Part shown: positions 14,426 to 24,327 of the stretch, piece by piece | How positions within the stretch are numbered: position 1 is the first letter of the stretch | How the letters are laid out: each line of letters opens with the position of its first letter | IMG/VR virus record: IMGVR_UViG_3300028364_000013 | Strand: one strand, 5' to 3' | DNA: 64,000 nucleotides | From: a virus | Lineage: Duplodnaviria > Caudoviricetes | The notes under the pieces: model-generated | The model's database searches: none | Told to the model about the DNA's origin: nothing | Seen by the model: the letters and a program-made list of their open reading frames with translations, nothing else | Position numbers and translations under genes: made by a program

Positions 14426-15829
14426 TTATTTTGACACCAAGGAAACAACGTTCTTAGCTTGCTCATAGCTCATTGTAATTTTTACATTATCCTTGTCATT
14501 CATGTCAGTAATTGATAATAGATTACAAACGGTAAGGAAATTATCTACAACCCTCTTATCATATACGATATTTCTTGACTCAATATCTTTAATCAAACCT
14601 TTTATTGGAGGTATAGTATCTCCAATAACTCTTTTACCATCTAAGAACAAAGTATCCAATAAGCTCATGTAAATAGGATTTGACTCTATACCCTGAAGTA
14701 TTGCTGCAAAACTTTTCTTTGGTTCATCTTTTTTTTCGAATTCACCATTTTCACCTTCAACATACTCAGCTACTTCTTCGCTTTTTTCTTCTGGGAAATC
14801 ATGACCAAAATCAAGAATTTCAGAGTCAGCATCCACGCTATTAATTGCATCAACAATTTTTTTCTGCCTTTCATCAGAGTTTTCTATTGCCTCATCTAAA
14901 TCGGTTTCTTCAACCAATTCTTCTATCACCTCTTCTGGTTCATGTTTTTTGAATCTGTCTCTTAGACGGCCTAAAAACCTTTTTTTATCATCTTCTGGCA
15001 GCCTGTTTCCTTCATTGTTAGCATCATATATGTTGCTGGCAAATATAACCAACAACACAGCCAATGGGTCAAATACAAATATAAGCATTAATATGAACCA
15101 GTTTATAATATCATCCATAGGCCTATCAAGAACTGTTGACATATATTTAAGTGGCCCTATTTCTGTAGCTATGTCTGAATTTTGAAGGTCGAGTATTTCG
15201 ATGTCTAAATCTCCAATCTCTTGATTTATCACATTTACTTTTAAAGCAATAGTATCCAGTTCAGCTTGAAGCTTTTGAATCTCCTCTGTTGACTGCTCTA
15301 TAAGAATTTGTGTTTTTTTAGCACTACTGCTCCAGCCTTTATTATAAAGCGAATCAAGACGAGCCTCCTGCTGAACCCTTGTGTCATTAAGTAAAGTAAC
15401 TCTATCAGATTTTGATGTCTTGATTTCGTCAATACCAGCGATTTGAGTTTGCTTCTGCTCTTGTTGCTTCTCTATCAACTCTATTTTACCTTGAATTTTG
15501 TCTAATTGAATTGACGTTTCAGAGTAAGCTCCTGCCAGGAACCCATAAATACCTGAACTGGTAATAAGCATTACAGCCAACACCATAGCTGTTAGCGTGT
15601 ATTTCATCCACCACTTTGTCTTGGTCCAATATCTGTGAAGCGCTGCTGTAGTAGCAAGCTTACCAAACTCTATAAAGGATGCCATAATGATAACCTCAAG
15701 AGCGGCACCACCAAATAATTTAGACAATCCTGAAATAGAAAAGTACGCTGCAGAACCAGCGAGACCAAGAGCCGCCAACACTATAAGTAGCGTCCAAAAG
15801 TACTTATTAAAGAATTTTTTCATATGCAA
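14426..15829 (-). CDS. Multi-TM coiled-coil protein
   Basis: Three N-terminal TM segments, long coiled coil, further TM (LIFVFDPLAV), acidic C-terminus. Confidence 0.75.
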   Translation of the reverse strand: MHMKKFFNKYFWTLLIVLAALGLAGSAAYFSISGLSKLFGGAALEVIIMASFIEFGKLATTAALHRYWTKTKWWMKYTLTAMVLAVMLITSSGIYGFLAGAYSETSIQLDKIQGKIELIEKQQEQKQTQIAGIDEIKTSKSDRVTLLNDTRVQQEARLDSLYNKGWSSSAKKTQILIEQSTEEIQKLQAELDTIALKVNVINQEIGDLDIEILDLQNSDIATEIGPLKYMSTVLDRPMDDIINWFILMLIFVFDPLAVLLVIFASNIYDANNEGNRLPEDDKKRFLGRLRDRFKKHEPEEVIEELVEETDLDEAIENSDERQKKIVDAINSVDADSEILDFGHDFPEEKSEEVAEYVEGENGEFEKKDEPKKSFAAILQGIESNPIYMSLLDTLFLDGKRVIGDTIPPIKGLIKDIESRNIVYDKRVVDNFLTVCNLLSITDMNDKDNVKITMSYEQAKNVVSLVSK

Positions 15830-15868
15830 ATTTAAGATTTTTAAACATAAAAATCAAATAAAAATAAC

Positions 15869-16297
15869 TTATTTTTCCCCTGGAGCAAGGTCAGTGTGAG
15901 AGTTGTCTCCTATCCCGTGCTTGCGCTTGAAGTTGCTAAGTATTTTTATAAGAAATGATGTTGGCCTACCTTGAGTTTCGCCATTAGGCCTAAGGTTATC
16001 TAAGTGTTTCATTGTCCACTTATTCGGTCTTCCATCTGGAAGTATGTATTGTTCATTATTATGATACCATCTTTGACCATCCCATACATACAAAGGATGT
16101 TGTTCTCCATAAGAATACGCTGCATACATTTGACCAAGGTCTCCCAAATCTTCACCATAAGTGTGTGAGCCAACGAAGTTTTGTCTATTCGCAACTTCCT
16201 CTGCAGCATCTTTATTGGAAATTCTTTCTTCCTTATAAAGTTCTTCTTTGAAAACTTTCGAAAACTCTTCGTTTACTATGTCTGTAAGCTTTTTCAT
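15869..16297 (-). CDS. Hypothetical protein with N-terminal 'LTDIVNEEF' motif
   Basis: TATTTATA at 16313-16320. Confidence 0.7.
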   Translation of the reverse strand: MKKLTDIVNEEFSKVFKEELYKEERISNKDAAEEVANRQNFVGSHTYGEDLGDLGQMYAAYSYGEQHPLYVWDGQRWYHNNEQYILPDGRPNKWTMKHLDNLRPNGETQGRPTSFLIKILSNFKRKHGIGDNSHTDLAPGEK

Positions 16298-16364
16298 ACA
16301 AAAATCATTTAATATAAATAGTCTAAAAAAAAGGTGTCATAAGCCGTTATTCTATAAAAAAGGC

Positions 16365-16389
16365 AACATTATTTTTAAATTTACGTATA
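16365..16389 (+). promoter_or_regulatory. AACATT-N13-CGTATA motif
   Basis: AACATTATTTTTAAATTTACGTATA upstream of ATG 16412. Confidence 0.7.
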
Positions 16390-16411
16390 TAATATATACC
16401 TTTAAAGTAAT

Positions 16412-16807
16412 ATGGGACTAAAATACAAACTTAGAAAACTACGAGTAAGGCTCAAAAAATCTAAAGATAAAGACTTAGCTTTGGATGACGTTCAAGAAAA
16501 AGCTATTGCAGTTGTTATTCAAATGATTAACAGTAGCAGTAGCGAATTAATCATGGACCCCAAAAATTCAAGAAAAGGCGTTAAAAATAAAGACTCATTC
16601 ATCTGCATTAGAAGACATAAATTAACTATTATTAATGGAGGATACCCTTATGATGTACCTATTGATGACAGGATTCATGACCATATTACAGAAAAATTCT
16701 ACGAAAAACTAACAAGAAGATTTAATGCAATTGATTGCCAAATTGATTCTATGGTAAAAGAGAATTTAGACACCATAAAAGATAATCTAAAAAATAAAGA
16801 ATCTTAA
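16412..16807 (+). CDS. Hypothetical protein
   Basis: ORF directly behind the conserved promoter motif. Confidence 0.7.
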   Translation: MGLKYKLRKLRVRLKKSKDKDLALDDVQEKAIAVVIQMINSSSSELIMDPKNSRKGVKNKDSFICIRRHKLTIINGGYPYDVPIDDRIHDHITEKFYEKLTRRFNAIDCQIDSMVKENLDTIKDNLKNKES

Positions 16808-16815
16808 ATTTTCCA

Positions 16816-16840
16816 AACATTTTCTTTTTGTTTACGTATA
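16816..16840 (+). promoter_or_regulatory. AACATT-N13-CGTATA motif
   Basis: AACATTTTCTTTTTGTTTACGTATA upstream of ATG 16870. Confidence 0.7.
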
Positions 16841-16869
16841 ACTTAATTGAACCAATAGAACATTAAGTT

Positions 16870-17511
16870 ATGCTATACTATTTTGATAAAGAAAAACTTG
16901 AATATAGATTTGCTAAAAAATCATTAGCAATAATTGTCACATCAACTCTATTGCTAATTGCAGTTGCTGTACTCTTTATAAGCTCGCTAATGGCTAATAA
17001 AAGAGTTGAGAAGAAAATTAATGAAAATCCGAACATTATCAACCTATCCTCAATGGAGCCAGAGGAAATTATAGTCGTTGTCAATAACGCTGATGAATTC
17101 TCTGAAGAAAAACTTAAAAACTATATTCTTGAGTTAAATATTAAATTTCCAGACATTGCGTTTGCACAAGCGAGATATGAAAGCGGAAACTGGGGGACCA
17201 ATCCTGGCGCTAATATGTTTGAGAAAAACAATAACCTTTTTGGAATGAAGTGTGCGACCTCAAGAACAACAACTCACAAGGGAGAGCAAAATGGTCACGC
17301 TTATTATAGTCACTGGAGAGAAAGTGTTATTGACTATGCTATGTGGCAGGATGCCTACGCAAGAGATTTGAAGACCAGAGAAGATTATGTCGCTTACCTC
17401 AAGAGGGTGTATGCCGAGGGAACATATGTTTCTATCATGCAAATCGTCAAAGAGGTTAGAAAAAAATACCCAGAACTTTACGTCAAGTCTTATCCAAAAT
17501 TAGATAAATAA
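16870..17511 (+). CDS. Membrane-anchored glucosaminidase (GH73/FlgJ-like) peptidoglycan hydrolase
   Basis: N-terminal TM; AQARYESG, NNLFGMK, YYSHWRESVIDY. Confidence 0.8.
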   Translation: MLYYFDKEKLEYRFAKKSLAIIVTSTLLLIAVAVLFISSLMANKRVEKKINENPNIINLSSMEPEEIIVVVNNADEFSEEKLKNYILELNIKFPDIAFAQARYESGNWGTNPGANMFEKNNNLFGMKCATSRTTTHKGEQNGHAYYSHWRESVIDYAMWQDAYARDLKTREDYVAYLKRVYAEGTYVSIMQIVKEVRKKYPELYVKSYPKLDK

Positions 17512-17544
17512 AAAAACCCTCCAGCATTGCTGAAAGGTTCTTTT
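17511..17544. terminator. Bidirectional terminator between convergent genes
   Basis: AACC..CAGC-ATT-GCTG..GGTT stem with A- and T-tracts. Confidence 0.55.
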
Positions 17545-17566
17545 AATTTAATAAACAAAACTTAAT

Positions 17567-18076
17567 TTAGAATGGTAAATCATCCTGTGCTTTTGCGTTA
17601 GCAAAATCATTTGTTGCAACATACTCCTTAGTTTGCGCTTGAGCCTCTGCAACTGGTGCATTAGCTTTTTGTGCTGGAGCAGAGTTTTGTGCTGGAGCAG
17701 AGTTTTGTGCTGGAGCAGCGTCAGTACCGTTAGCTTTTGTTCCAGTGAACAAAATTTTGTCAGCAACTACTTTAGTAGAATAAAAAGTAACCTCTTGACC
17801 ATTAACTTCTTTTACGTAGCTATCAGTCTTTAATTTACCTTTTACGATAAACCCAGTTCCTTTTTTTCCATAACTTCCTAAGAAATTAGCAAGACCATTC
17901 CAAGCCTCAACCTTAACCCATTCAGTAGTTTGAACTCTATCTCCACCAGCTTTAGGCGCATAAGAGTCGTTAATTGCGATAGACATGTTTGCAACAGCCT
18001 TATCACCATCTAATTGTTTTACTTCTGCATCAGCACCTAAAGTACCCATGATAGTAACATCGTTTAATCCATTCAT
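17567..18076 (-). CDS. ssb: Single-stranded DNA-binding protein
   Basis: OB-fold N.V.I.G.LG.D.E...TEWV.V..W...GKL.T; acidic DDLPF tail. Confidence 0.92.
   Translation of the reverse strand: MNGLNDVTIMGTLGADAEVKQLDGDKAVANMSIAINDSYAPKAGGDRVQTTEWVKVEAWNGLANFLGSYGKKGTGFIVKGKLKTDSYVKEVNGQEVTFYSTKVVADKILFTGTKANGTDAAPAQNSAPAQNSAPAQKANAPVAEAQAQTKEYVATNDFANAKAQDDLPF
17667..17720. repeat. 3x 18-bp tandem repeat encoding PAQNSA in the SSB linker
   Basis: ttttgtgctggagcagag x3, last copy with one change. Confidence 0.9.
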
Positions 18077-18120
18077 GATTTTTAATTTTAAATTATTATT
18101 TGTTTCACTTAATTAGACTA

Positions 18121-18152
18121 CAAATCTATGTCACTTTTAGTTAACATCCAAA
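18121..18152 (-). promoter_or_regulatory. Bacteroidota-type promoter TTTG-N20-TAGATTTG upstream of ssb
   Basis: Matches the established TTTG-N19-21-TAnnTTTG consensus. Confidence 0.6.
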
Positions 18153-18209
18153 TTTATTTTGACTTTTTTGATGTATTTATTAGAAACAACTCATTAACAT
18201 TACCAAACA

Positions 18210-19610
18210 ATGAACAAAGACGTTAAAAAAATAATTTCAGAAGCATTCAATGAACTATATAAAGATTTGATTTCTGAAGCAGAAGCTGGTATGAATCCTG
18301 CAGACAAAGCAGCAGCAGATAAAATGATTGCAAGAGTTAAAACTTATGGAGATGCAAGTGGGTTCTCAAACAATGGAGCAAACACAAAGCAGAATGATGT
18401 TTTTAACTACATATTAGATGCGCTTATTTCTGAATACAAAAGTACAGAAGACCAAAATACTAAGCAAAAAATTAAAAATGGTATCCAGGGAGCTTTTTTC
18501 CCAGCAATGAATGCAGATGGAAGACCCAACAAGACATTAAATGTACTTATGGGAAAATGGCCAGGAAAAGATAGAGATGCAGTTCAAGATGCTGCAGCTT
18601 CAGCGTATGAATCATTCATGAAAAACTTTGATGGGTTTATAGACAAATACACACCTGGAGCTGGAAGTAGTTTTGGTGGAATTGTTTTAAACAACTTGAA
18701 TTCTAAAATGTATGATGTAATTCAAAAAGGATTTAGAGGAAAAGGCCTTGGTGGAACTCAGGATACTTATTCAAGAGCTGGAAACAGCATGGGCTCTATG
18801 GATGACCCTTATGGAGACGATAGCACACTTGGAGCGACAATGGCTGACCCAAACTCATTAGGAGCAGACAATGACACTGAAGCATCAATATCGGAAGACC
18901 AAGATTTATTGGCAATCGTTAATGGATGGCTTAAGAATAATGTTTCAGAAAAACAATACATCGCCTTTAGAGAACTTACAAAAGGATTTACTCCAAATGA
19001 AGTTGCTGAAGATTTCCCAGAGCATTTTGGAATTGGTAAAGATGTTTCAAGAAATTTCGCACAATTACTTTCGAGAAAAGAAAAAGATGAAGATGGAAAC
19101 ACTGCCCTTACGCTTGACAGACTTAGCGACATGCTTTCTTATGCAAAGAAAAGAGATATTGACTTGAAAAACATAGTTCTTAAAAATCTTAGACAAACTA
19201 TCTCTCAAGACCCAAGCTTCTCTGGGGATGGAAAACGTTCTTACGTATCTTCTCCTGAAACAAAAGCGGCTCTTAAAGATTTGAGCGATTCAATGTATGA
19301 ACTTGGTCCAGATGTTTTAAGCAAACTTGGAGTTAAAGATAAAATTGATTTCCAAAATGGAGCTCAAATTTCAAAAATTATAAACAAACTTACTGTCCTT
19401 GGATTGGAAAGTGAGGTTCGTGATATTGAAGATGCTTGGGCTGATGTTAAAAGAACAAGAGATGCCTCAGCTGATTATGGTAAAGTAACTAACTATGCCG
19501 ACAAAGTAGATGAAAGCGGTATCGCAGGAATGTTTGAAGGACTTGATGTCTATGATGGTTTCGATATAGAAATTCTTATGAACAGAGTTATGCAAAGATT
19601 ATCAAAATAA
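18210..19610 (+). CDS. Divergent sigma-70-like protein (regions 2, 3.2, 4) with long extensions
   Basis: DAVQDA...DKYTPGAGSSF...MYDVIQK; SMDDPYGDDSTL; SEKQYIAF...GFTPNEVAE; TATTTATT at 18174. Confidence 0.5.
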   Translation: MNKDVKKIISEAFNELYKDLISEAEAGMNPADKAAADKMIARVKTYGDASGFSNNGANTKQNDVFNYILDALISEYKSTEDQNTKQKIKNGIQGAFFPAMNADGRPNKTLNVLMGKWPGKDRDAVQDAAASAYESFMKNFDGFIDKYTPGAGSSFGGIVLNNLNSKMYDVIQKGFRGKGLGGTQDTYSRAGNSMGSMDDPYGDDSTLGATMADPNSLGADNDTEASISEDQDLLAIVNGWLKNNVSEKQYIAFRELTKGFTPNEVAEDFPEHFGIGKDVSRNFAQLLSRKEKDEDGNTALTLDRLSDMLSYAKKRDIDLKNIVLKNLRQTISQDPSFSGDGKRSYVSSPETKAALKDLSDSMYELGPDVLSKLGVKDKIDFQNGAQISKIINKLTVLGLESEVRDIEDAWADVKRTRDASADYGKVTNYADKVDESGIAGMFEGLDVYDGFDIEILMNRVMQRLSK

Positions 19611-19630
19611 ACTTAATTTTATAAAATTAG

Positions 19631-19659
19631 AAAAGACACCTCATTGGGTGTCTTTTTTT
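19631..19659. terminator. Bidirectional intrinsic terminator
   Basis: AAAAGACACC-TCATT-GGGTGTCTTTTTTT. Confidence 0.8.
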
Positions 19660-19660
19660 G

Positions 19661-19879
19661 TTATAACAACAATGCTTTAAAGTTTTGATTGTCTATCTGC
19701 TGAGGAACCCCATCGACAAGTTTATAAATATTAAGGTCTGAATCAAATAGAACTAAATCATAATTCATATCTTCTTCTGTAAGAATTTTGTCATTCTCCA
19801 TATCCTTAATTCTCACGATGTGCCTCTTGAGTCTTGACGCAAACATTTTATCAACTTTATCGTGAAATTCTTTATTCAT
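19661..19879 (-). CDS. Small hypothetical protein
   Basis: 72-aa ORF ending at the terminator. Confidence 0.55.
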   Translation of the reverse strand: MNKEFHDKVDKMFASRLKRHIVRIKDMENDKILTEEDMNYDLVLFDSDLNIYKLVDGVPQQIDNQNFKALLL

Positions 19880-19896
19880 AAGTTAATGTACTAAAT

Positions 19897-20445
19897 TTAT
19901 TTATTATCGTATTTTGATTTTTTAGCTTTTGCGTAAATACCAATCGGTAAAATTATAATACCAATAATCAATGGTAAAGTACAGATGCCTAAAATTAACC
20001 ACGCATTAGCGACATATCTTTGTGCATACCAAGGTTTTGATGCATCCATCTCATCTTCTTTAATTTTTTGCATATTCTGTGCATATTTAACCTCAAATTC
20101 AACATCGGATAATTTAACAATTTCAGATAAGTATTTTGTTAAATCTTGGAGATGATAATTCGCATTTTGGACCTCAATTGAGTTATCAAAAGAGCCAAGC
20201 TTACGTCTAATCTCAATTGTAATTTTCGTGCTTATATCTGAAATTTTAGTCATATTAAAGTCAATATAGACACCTAATGATAAACCCTCAAAGCATTCAA
20301 GAATAACTTGGTTAAGAATGTCATTCTCATCATGAATTCTATATTTACCATCGGATGTGATATAAATTTTAGAAATAGATGATTTTACTTTTTCTATTGG
20401 GAAATCAATTGTGATTTCTTTCTTTGGATTTAGAATGCTAATCAT
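19897..20445 (-). CDS. Hypothetical protein with C-terminal TM segment
   Basis: Hydrophobic C-terminus; preceded by the AACATT-N13-CGTATA motif. Confidence 0.7.
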   Translation of the reverse strand: MISILNPKKEITIDFPIEKVKSSISKIYITSDGKYRIHDENDILNQVILECFEGLSLGVYIDFNMTKISDISTKITIEIRRKLGSFDNSIEVQNANYHLQDLTKYLSEIVKLSDVEFEVKYAQNMQKIKEDEMDASKPWYAQRYVANAWLILGICTLPLIIGIIILPIGIYAKAKKSKYDNK

Positions 20446-20481
20446 TTTTACTTTTTTGTTTTTAAATTATTATTACTTATT

Positions 20482-20506
20482 TATACGTTAAATTTAAAGA
20501 AATGTT
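20482..20506 (-). promoter_or_regulatory. AACATT-N13-CGTATA motif
   Basis: Minus strand AACATTTCTTTAAATTTAACGTATA. Confidence 0.7.
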
Positions 20507-20564
20507 TCATGATTTCTAAAAAATCAGTTTACAAAGATAATAAATTTTTAATTAAACGAATAAT

Positions 20565-20711
20565 TCAAAATTTATTATCTTTAGTTTTAGTATTGACATG
20601 CACAACATTAGAATAATCATACCCATCATTCCTATCATTCCTATCATTCCTATTATTCCAGTTACCAGAGTCTTTCAGTTTCTGTAAAAATTCTTTAGTC
20701 TTGTCTGTCAT
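20565..20711 (-). pseudogene. 48-aa remnant of a YDYS-repeat endonuclease with 9-bp tandem repeats
   Basis: MTDKTKEFLQKLKDSGNWNNRNDRNDRNDGYDYSNVVHVNTKTKDNKF*; AGGAATGAT repeats at ~20622-20659. Confidence 0.55.
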
Positions 20712-20728
20712 ATATTAAGTCAATTAAA

Positions 20729-22243
20729 TTATTCATAAATCATAAAATATAGTTTATGCTTTGAGCGACTAACAGCTACGTAATGAATATTCTTAGACTC
20801 TTCATCTTTTTCAGTAAAAGAAACTCTCTCCAGGCGTTTTTTTCCAAGCTTGTCGTAAATTCCGCACTCCTGAAGAACTTCTGGAGAAACAGAATTAACA
20901 ACAACACACTCATCAAACTCACGCCCTTTACTCTTGTGTATTGTAGTAATAAATTTCTTAGACTTTTTGAACTGCTCTATGAACGTCATTAATTGGGCAT
21001 CATTTTCGAAGTGACCCTTGAAGTTATTCATTTTACCTCTAAGGTGAGAATCTACATCTCCTCCTTTGTATTTCTTAATATCAGCATCGTTGATGAAATT
21101 GAAGTACTTCATTGGAACCTTCCTCTTTAGCAGTTCTTTCTCAAGTTTTCTAATTGTAGCATTTGTCCTAACCAGCACAACAACTTCTCCTGGTTGTTTC
21201 AACAATTCAACAAGCTCATCTAACCTAAGCATCACTTTCCTGTCAACATCACCTTTGTCTGCGCTATTTGCAGTCGCTGTAAGAGACGAATACTTATTTG
21301 AGTTCTCTACAATCAACTCATCACTTCTAAAGTTGACAGAGAGGCTCATTTCGGTAACATCACGCCTTTTCTTTAGCATTGACTCAAGTTTGCTACAGTT
21401 TGCTCCAGAGTATCCATAAATACTTTGATTACGGTCACCAATTAAATAGTAATACTTAGCATTTAACGAAAGAAGTGTTTGAAGCTGTATAGTACTCGTA
21501 TCTTGATACTCATCTACAAATATGTAATCATACTTATCTCTAAACATCTTAAGCCACTTATTCTCTCTTAATAAATCACGAACCTCAATAAGCATGTCAG
21601 AAAAATCTCTTTTCTTTGTTACTCTTAAGAATTTTCTGTAATCATTATAAAACTGAGGAACTGGAGCCTTTACATTATCAGCAGACTGCAACTTAAATGA
21701 ACCTATAGCTGAAGACAGCTGTTCAGCATCTTCATACATGTTTGCAATAAGTTCAAAGTGAGCCTCTTTTTGTTCTTTAGTAGCGTGACTACTTGGTTTA
21801 TGCTCTTGTCTGAACCAGTTTAAAAACTCATAAAATGACGCTATCGCTTTATACTTTTTCATACTGGCAAGCAAACTATTAGAGAATGCATGTATAGTAG
21901 TAATCGTACAACCCTGTCCATGAGAACTTACTTTCTCACGAACTTGAATCCCTGCAGACGCAACCCTTTCTCTAAGCTCATCAGTGGCAGCTTTTGTGAA
22001 ACTGAAAAATATAATCTTGTTTGGGTCAACACCTCTATCAACAAGAGACTTTAACCTTTGAACACAACTGAATGACTTTCCTGAACCAGCTGTTGCCGCA
22101 AGTATTAAAGAATCTTTTTCTGAATAATTTATAAATGCACTCTGCTCATCTGTATATTGAATCTCTGATTTTTTTGCGTGCGATGTACCTTCGAATAAAT
22201 CAACTTGACCTCTGTCTATTGTAATTTCTTTCTTTTTTCCCAT
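20729..22243 (-). CDS. uvrD: UvrD/Rep superfamily 1 helicase
   Basis: ATAGSGKS, SFTKAAT, TIHAF, VDEYQDT, GDRNQSIYG, NFRS, TIHKSKGREF, YVAVSR. Confidence 0.9.
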   Translation of the reverse strand: MGKKKEITIDRGQVDLFEGTSHAKKSEIQYTDEQSAFINYSEKDSLILAATAGSGKSFSCVQRLKSLVDRGVDPNKIIFFSFTKAATDELRERVASAGIQVREKVSSHGQGCTITTIHAFSNSLLASMKKYKAIASFYEFLNWFRQEHKPSSHATKEQKEAHFELIANMYEDAEQLSSAIGSFKLQSADNVKAPVPQFYNDYRKFLRVTKKRDFSDMLIEVRDLLRENKWLKMFRDKYDYIFVDEYQDTSTIQLQTLLSLNAKYYYLIGDRNQSIYGYSGANCSKLESMLKKRRDVTEMSLSVNFRSDELIVENSNKYSSLTATANSADKGDVDRKVMLRLDELVELLKQPGEVVVLVRTNATIRKLEKELLKRKVPMKYFNFINDADIKKYKGGDVDSHLRGKMNNFKGHFENDAQLMTFIEQFKKSKKFITTIHKSKGREFDECVVVNSVSPEVLQECGIYDKLGKKRLERVSFTEKDEESKNIHYVAVSRSKHKLYFMIYE

Positions 22244-23052
22244 TTTAAAATTTCTTTTTCTAAAATCGCTTCAATATTTTTCTTATCATAATATGGTATT
22301 CTTAAAAGCTTTTTATTTGTTTTTTTGCAAAATTCATTTTTTATAGAATCATTTTCTTTAATCTTTTTAAAGTTCGAATCACTCTTTTTTGAAATTGTGA
22401 ATCTGGGCTCAAAATGCTGCTCTCCATCATATTCAATGCACATATCATAATTTGGAAGGTAAAAGTCAAATGGAAGGTAGTTAATATTCTTACATTCATC
22501 AAATTTCTTTTGAGATTCATATAAAACCCTTTTGTTATCCAAGAATCTTTTGACCTCCCTTTCTCCGTGAGACAATCTACACCTTGGACACCCTTGTCCA
22601 GCTTTATGTTTCCCTGGAGACTGTTCAAAAACGCCATGATTTTCACAAATTATTTTAACTTTAGTTTTATCACCAACATATTCAACTAATGAATAATTAT
22701 AATTATCTCCATGTACTTCTGCAAACCTTTTTATAGCATCAGATTTATCGTCTGTTTTCTCTTCTTTTGCACAACAAGGACATCCTATACCTTTTAAATG
22801 ATTCCATATACATTGCTCAAAAACTCCATGTTTTTTACAAATTATCTTAGCCTTATCTTTAACTTTTTCATACCAAACCAAAGAATAGTCATATCTGCCG
22901 CTATGGACTTCAATGGCTTTGTTTATATTTTTCTCAACCCTATCTTTTTTTGATTTTTCGTAACATATCTTACATCTGGTTCCATTGTTTGGGATAATTA
23001 TCCTACCTCCATCTGGATGTAGTTTACACTTTCTTGTTCTAACTTTTTTCAT
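22216..23052 (-). CDS. Putative homing endonuclease (YDYS zinc-ribbon repeats + PD-(D/E)XK)
   Basis: Two repeats plus PFDFYLPNYDMCIEYDGEQH; paralog of 4171..5283; TATTTATA at 23066. Confidence 0.75.
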   Translation of the reverse strand: MKKVRTRKCKLHPDGGRIIIPNNGTRCKICYEKSKKDRVEKNINKAIEVHSGRYDYSLVWYEKVKDKAKIICKKHGVFEQCIWNHLKGIGCPCCAKEEKTDDKSDAIKRFAEVHGDNYNYSLVEYVGDKTKVKIICENHGVFEQSPGKHKAGQGCPRCRLSHGEREVKRFLDNKRVLYESQKKFDECKNINYLPFDFYLPNYDMCIEYDGEQHFEPRFTISKKSDSNFKKIKENDSIKNEFCKKTNKKLLRIPYYDKKNIEAILEKEILKWEKRKKLQ

Positions 23053-23178
23053 CTTTATCCTTTTCTATAAATAGGATAAAAGATTTTAAAAGAGCCGAAA
23101 AAACTTTTTAGTGCGCAACTATGAAGGTTAATTTATAGGGTCAACCACTAAGTTTATCTTTTTCTTGGCCATAATATA

Positions 23179-24018
23179 TTAAACGTTTTGAGCCTGAGCT
23201 TGTTTTGCTTTTTCTGTGATTTTTCTAAGCAACAACTTAGTGTCTCCAGGCATATCTGAAGCATTAACACACCAATCATAGTAACTTGCATCAGCAAGCA
23301 TCATATCGCCAATAAGATTGTTTTTGTACTTACCAAAATTAAACACTGGTCTTCCGTCATTATTTAAAATGATATTACCACGTACATCAAGAGCTTTTTT
23401 GTTTCTATTGAAGTTGTCATGAAGAGTGTTTGGGTTTGTATTTATAAACCTTGCATCCTCAGGATAAGCGGCAACCATTCCATTAAAAATGTTTACAGAC
23501 TCAATATTTGCTTGCTCTGATTTAATTGGAGTATCCTCAAGAGTTTTTCCAGTATATCTTTCGATAGCTGCTCTGAAATCTCTTCTCTCCATATTGTGAT
23601 ATATTGAACTTAAGTCAATAATGTTTCTACCAACAATTGTAAATTCTATACCAGCATTATTAAACTCTTCTGTTAAGAATTTAAGGTCAAAATTTGTAAG
23701 GCTAAATCCAGCAAAATCAGCATCTCCTATAAACGAATATAAAGCTGCCGCAATTTCTTTGAAAGATTGGGCACCTGCAACATCTGCATCTGTCAAACCA
23801 TTCAACAATGAAGCTTCGTCTGGAATTGACATTCCTGGATTCACCAACTTAGTAGCAATTTGAACTTGCCTTTCAGTGTCAACTTTAATTATAGAAATTT
23901 CTATGATTCTATCAGCTGGTTTGTCGCTGTCTCTTTTTTGAACTGGTTCTAATCCAGTTGTAGCAACCTTTAAAAATACCAAAGGTTTCTTAAGGTTTAA
24001 TTTTAAATCTAAACTCAT
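23179..24018 (-). CDS. DnaQ/epsilon-like exonuclease-fold protein with degenerate catalytic motifs
   Basis: VFLKVATTGL in place of FDLETTG; DRIIEI; NFD; C-terminal FNFGKYK. Confidence 0.8.
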   Translation of the reverse strand: MSLDLKLNLKKPLVFLKVATTGLEPVQKRDSDKPADRIIEISIIKVDTERQVQIATKLVNPGMSIPDEASLLNGLTDADVAGAQSFKEIAAALYSFIGDADFAGFSLTNFDLKFLTEEFNNAGIEFTIVGRNIIDLSSIYHNMERRDFRAAIERYTGKTLEDTPIKSEQANIESVNIFNGMVAAYPEDARFINTNPNTLHDNFNRNKKALDVRGNIILNNDGRPVFNFGKYKNNLIGDMMLADASYYDWCVNASDMPGDTKLLLRKITEKAKQAQAQNV

Positions 24019-24063
24019 CTCTTCTAAATTTTTGTTATTTATAAAGCGAATATAGTGAAAATA

Positions 24064-24327
24064 TTACACAAACTCACCATTGATGTAATTATTTCTTTCT
24101 TTTATTTTTTCATCACTCCAATTTTCTTGTACAGATTTGACAAAATTAACCTCCGTTTTTGAGGTCCAAAACAACTTTTTATAATCACTATTATATGTTT
24201 CAAAAAAAAGAAGACCGTCCTCGTCTTCTTTTATTAAGATGAGCTCTTGGCTATGTGGAATAACTTCGCCATCACCCATCTCTTTGTTTTTAACTAATAT
24301 ATAATAATCTACATTAACTTCTTTCAT
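24064..24327 (-). CDS. Hypothetical protein
   Basis: TAATG-coupled to the sigma gene. Confidence 0.65.
   Translation of the reverse strand: MKEVNVDYYILVKNKEMGDGEVIPHSQELILIKEDEDGLLFFETYNSDYKKLFWTSKTEVNFVKSVQENWSDEKIKERNNYINGEFV

Noticed and set aside
23128-23172. Mini-ORF MAKKKINLVVDPIN as orphan 5' end of uvrD (MGKKKEITID)
   Set aside because: The position fits the insert-and-replace pattern, but the similarity is too short and Lys-rich to support.
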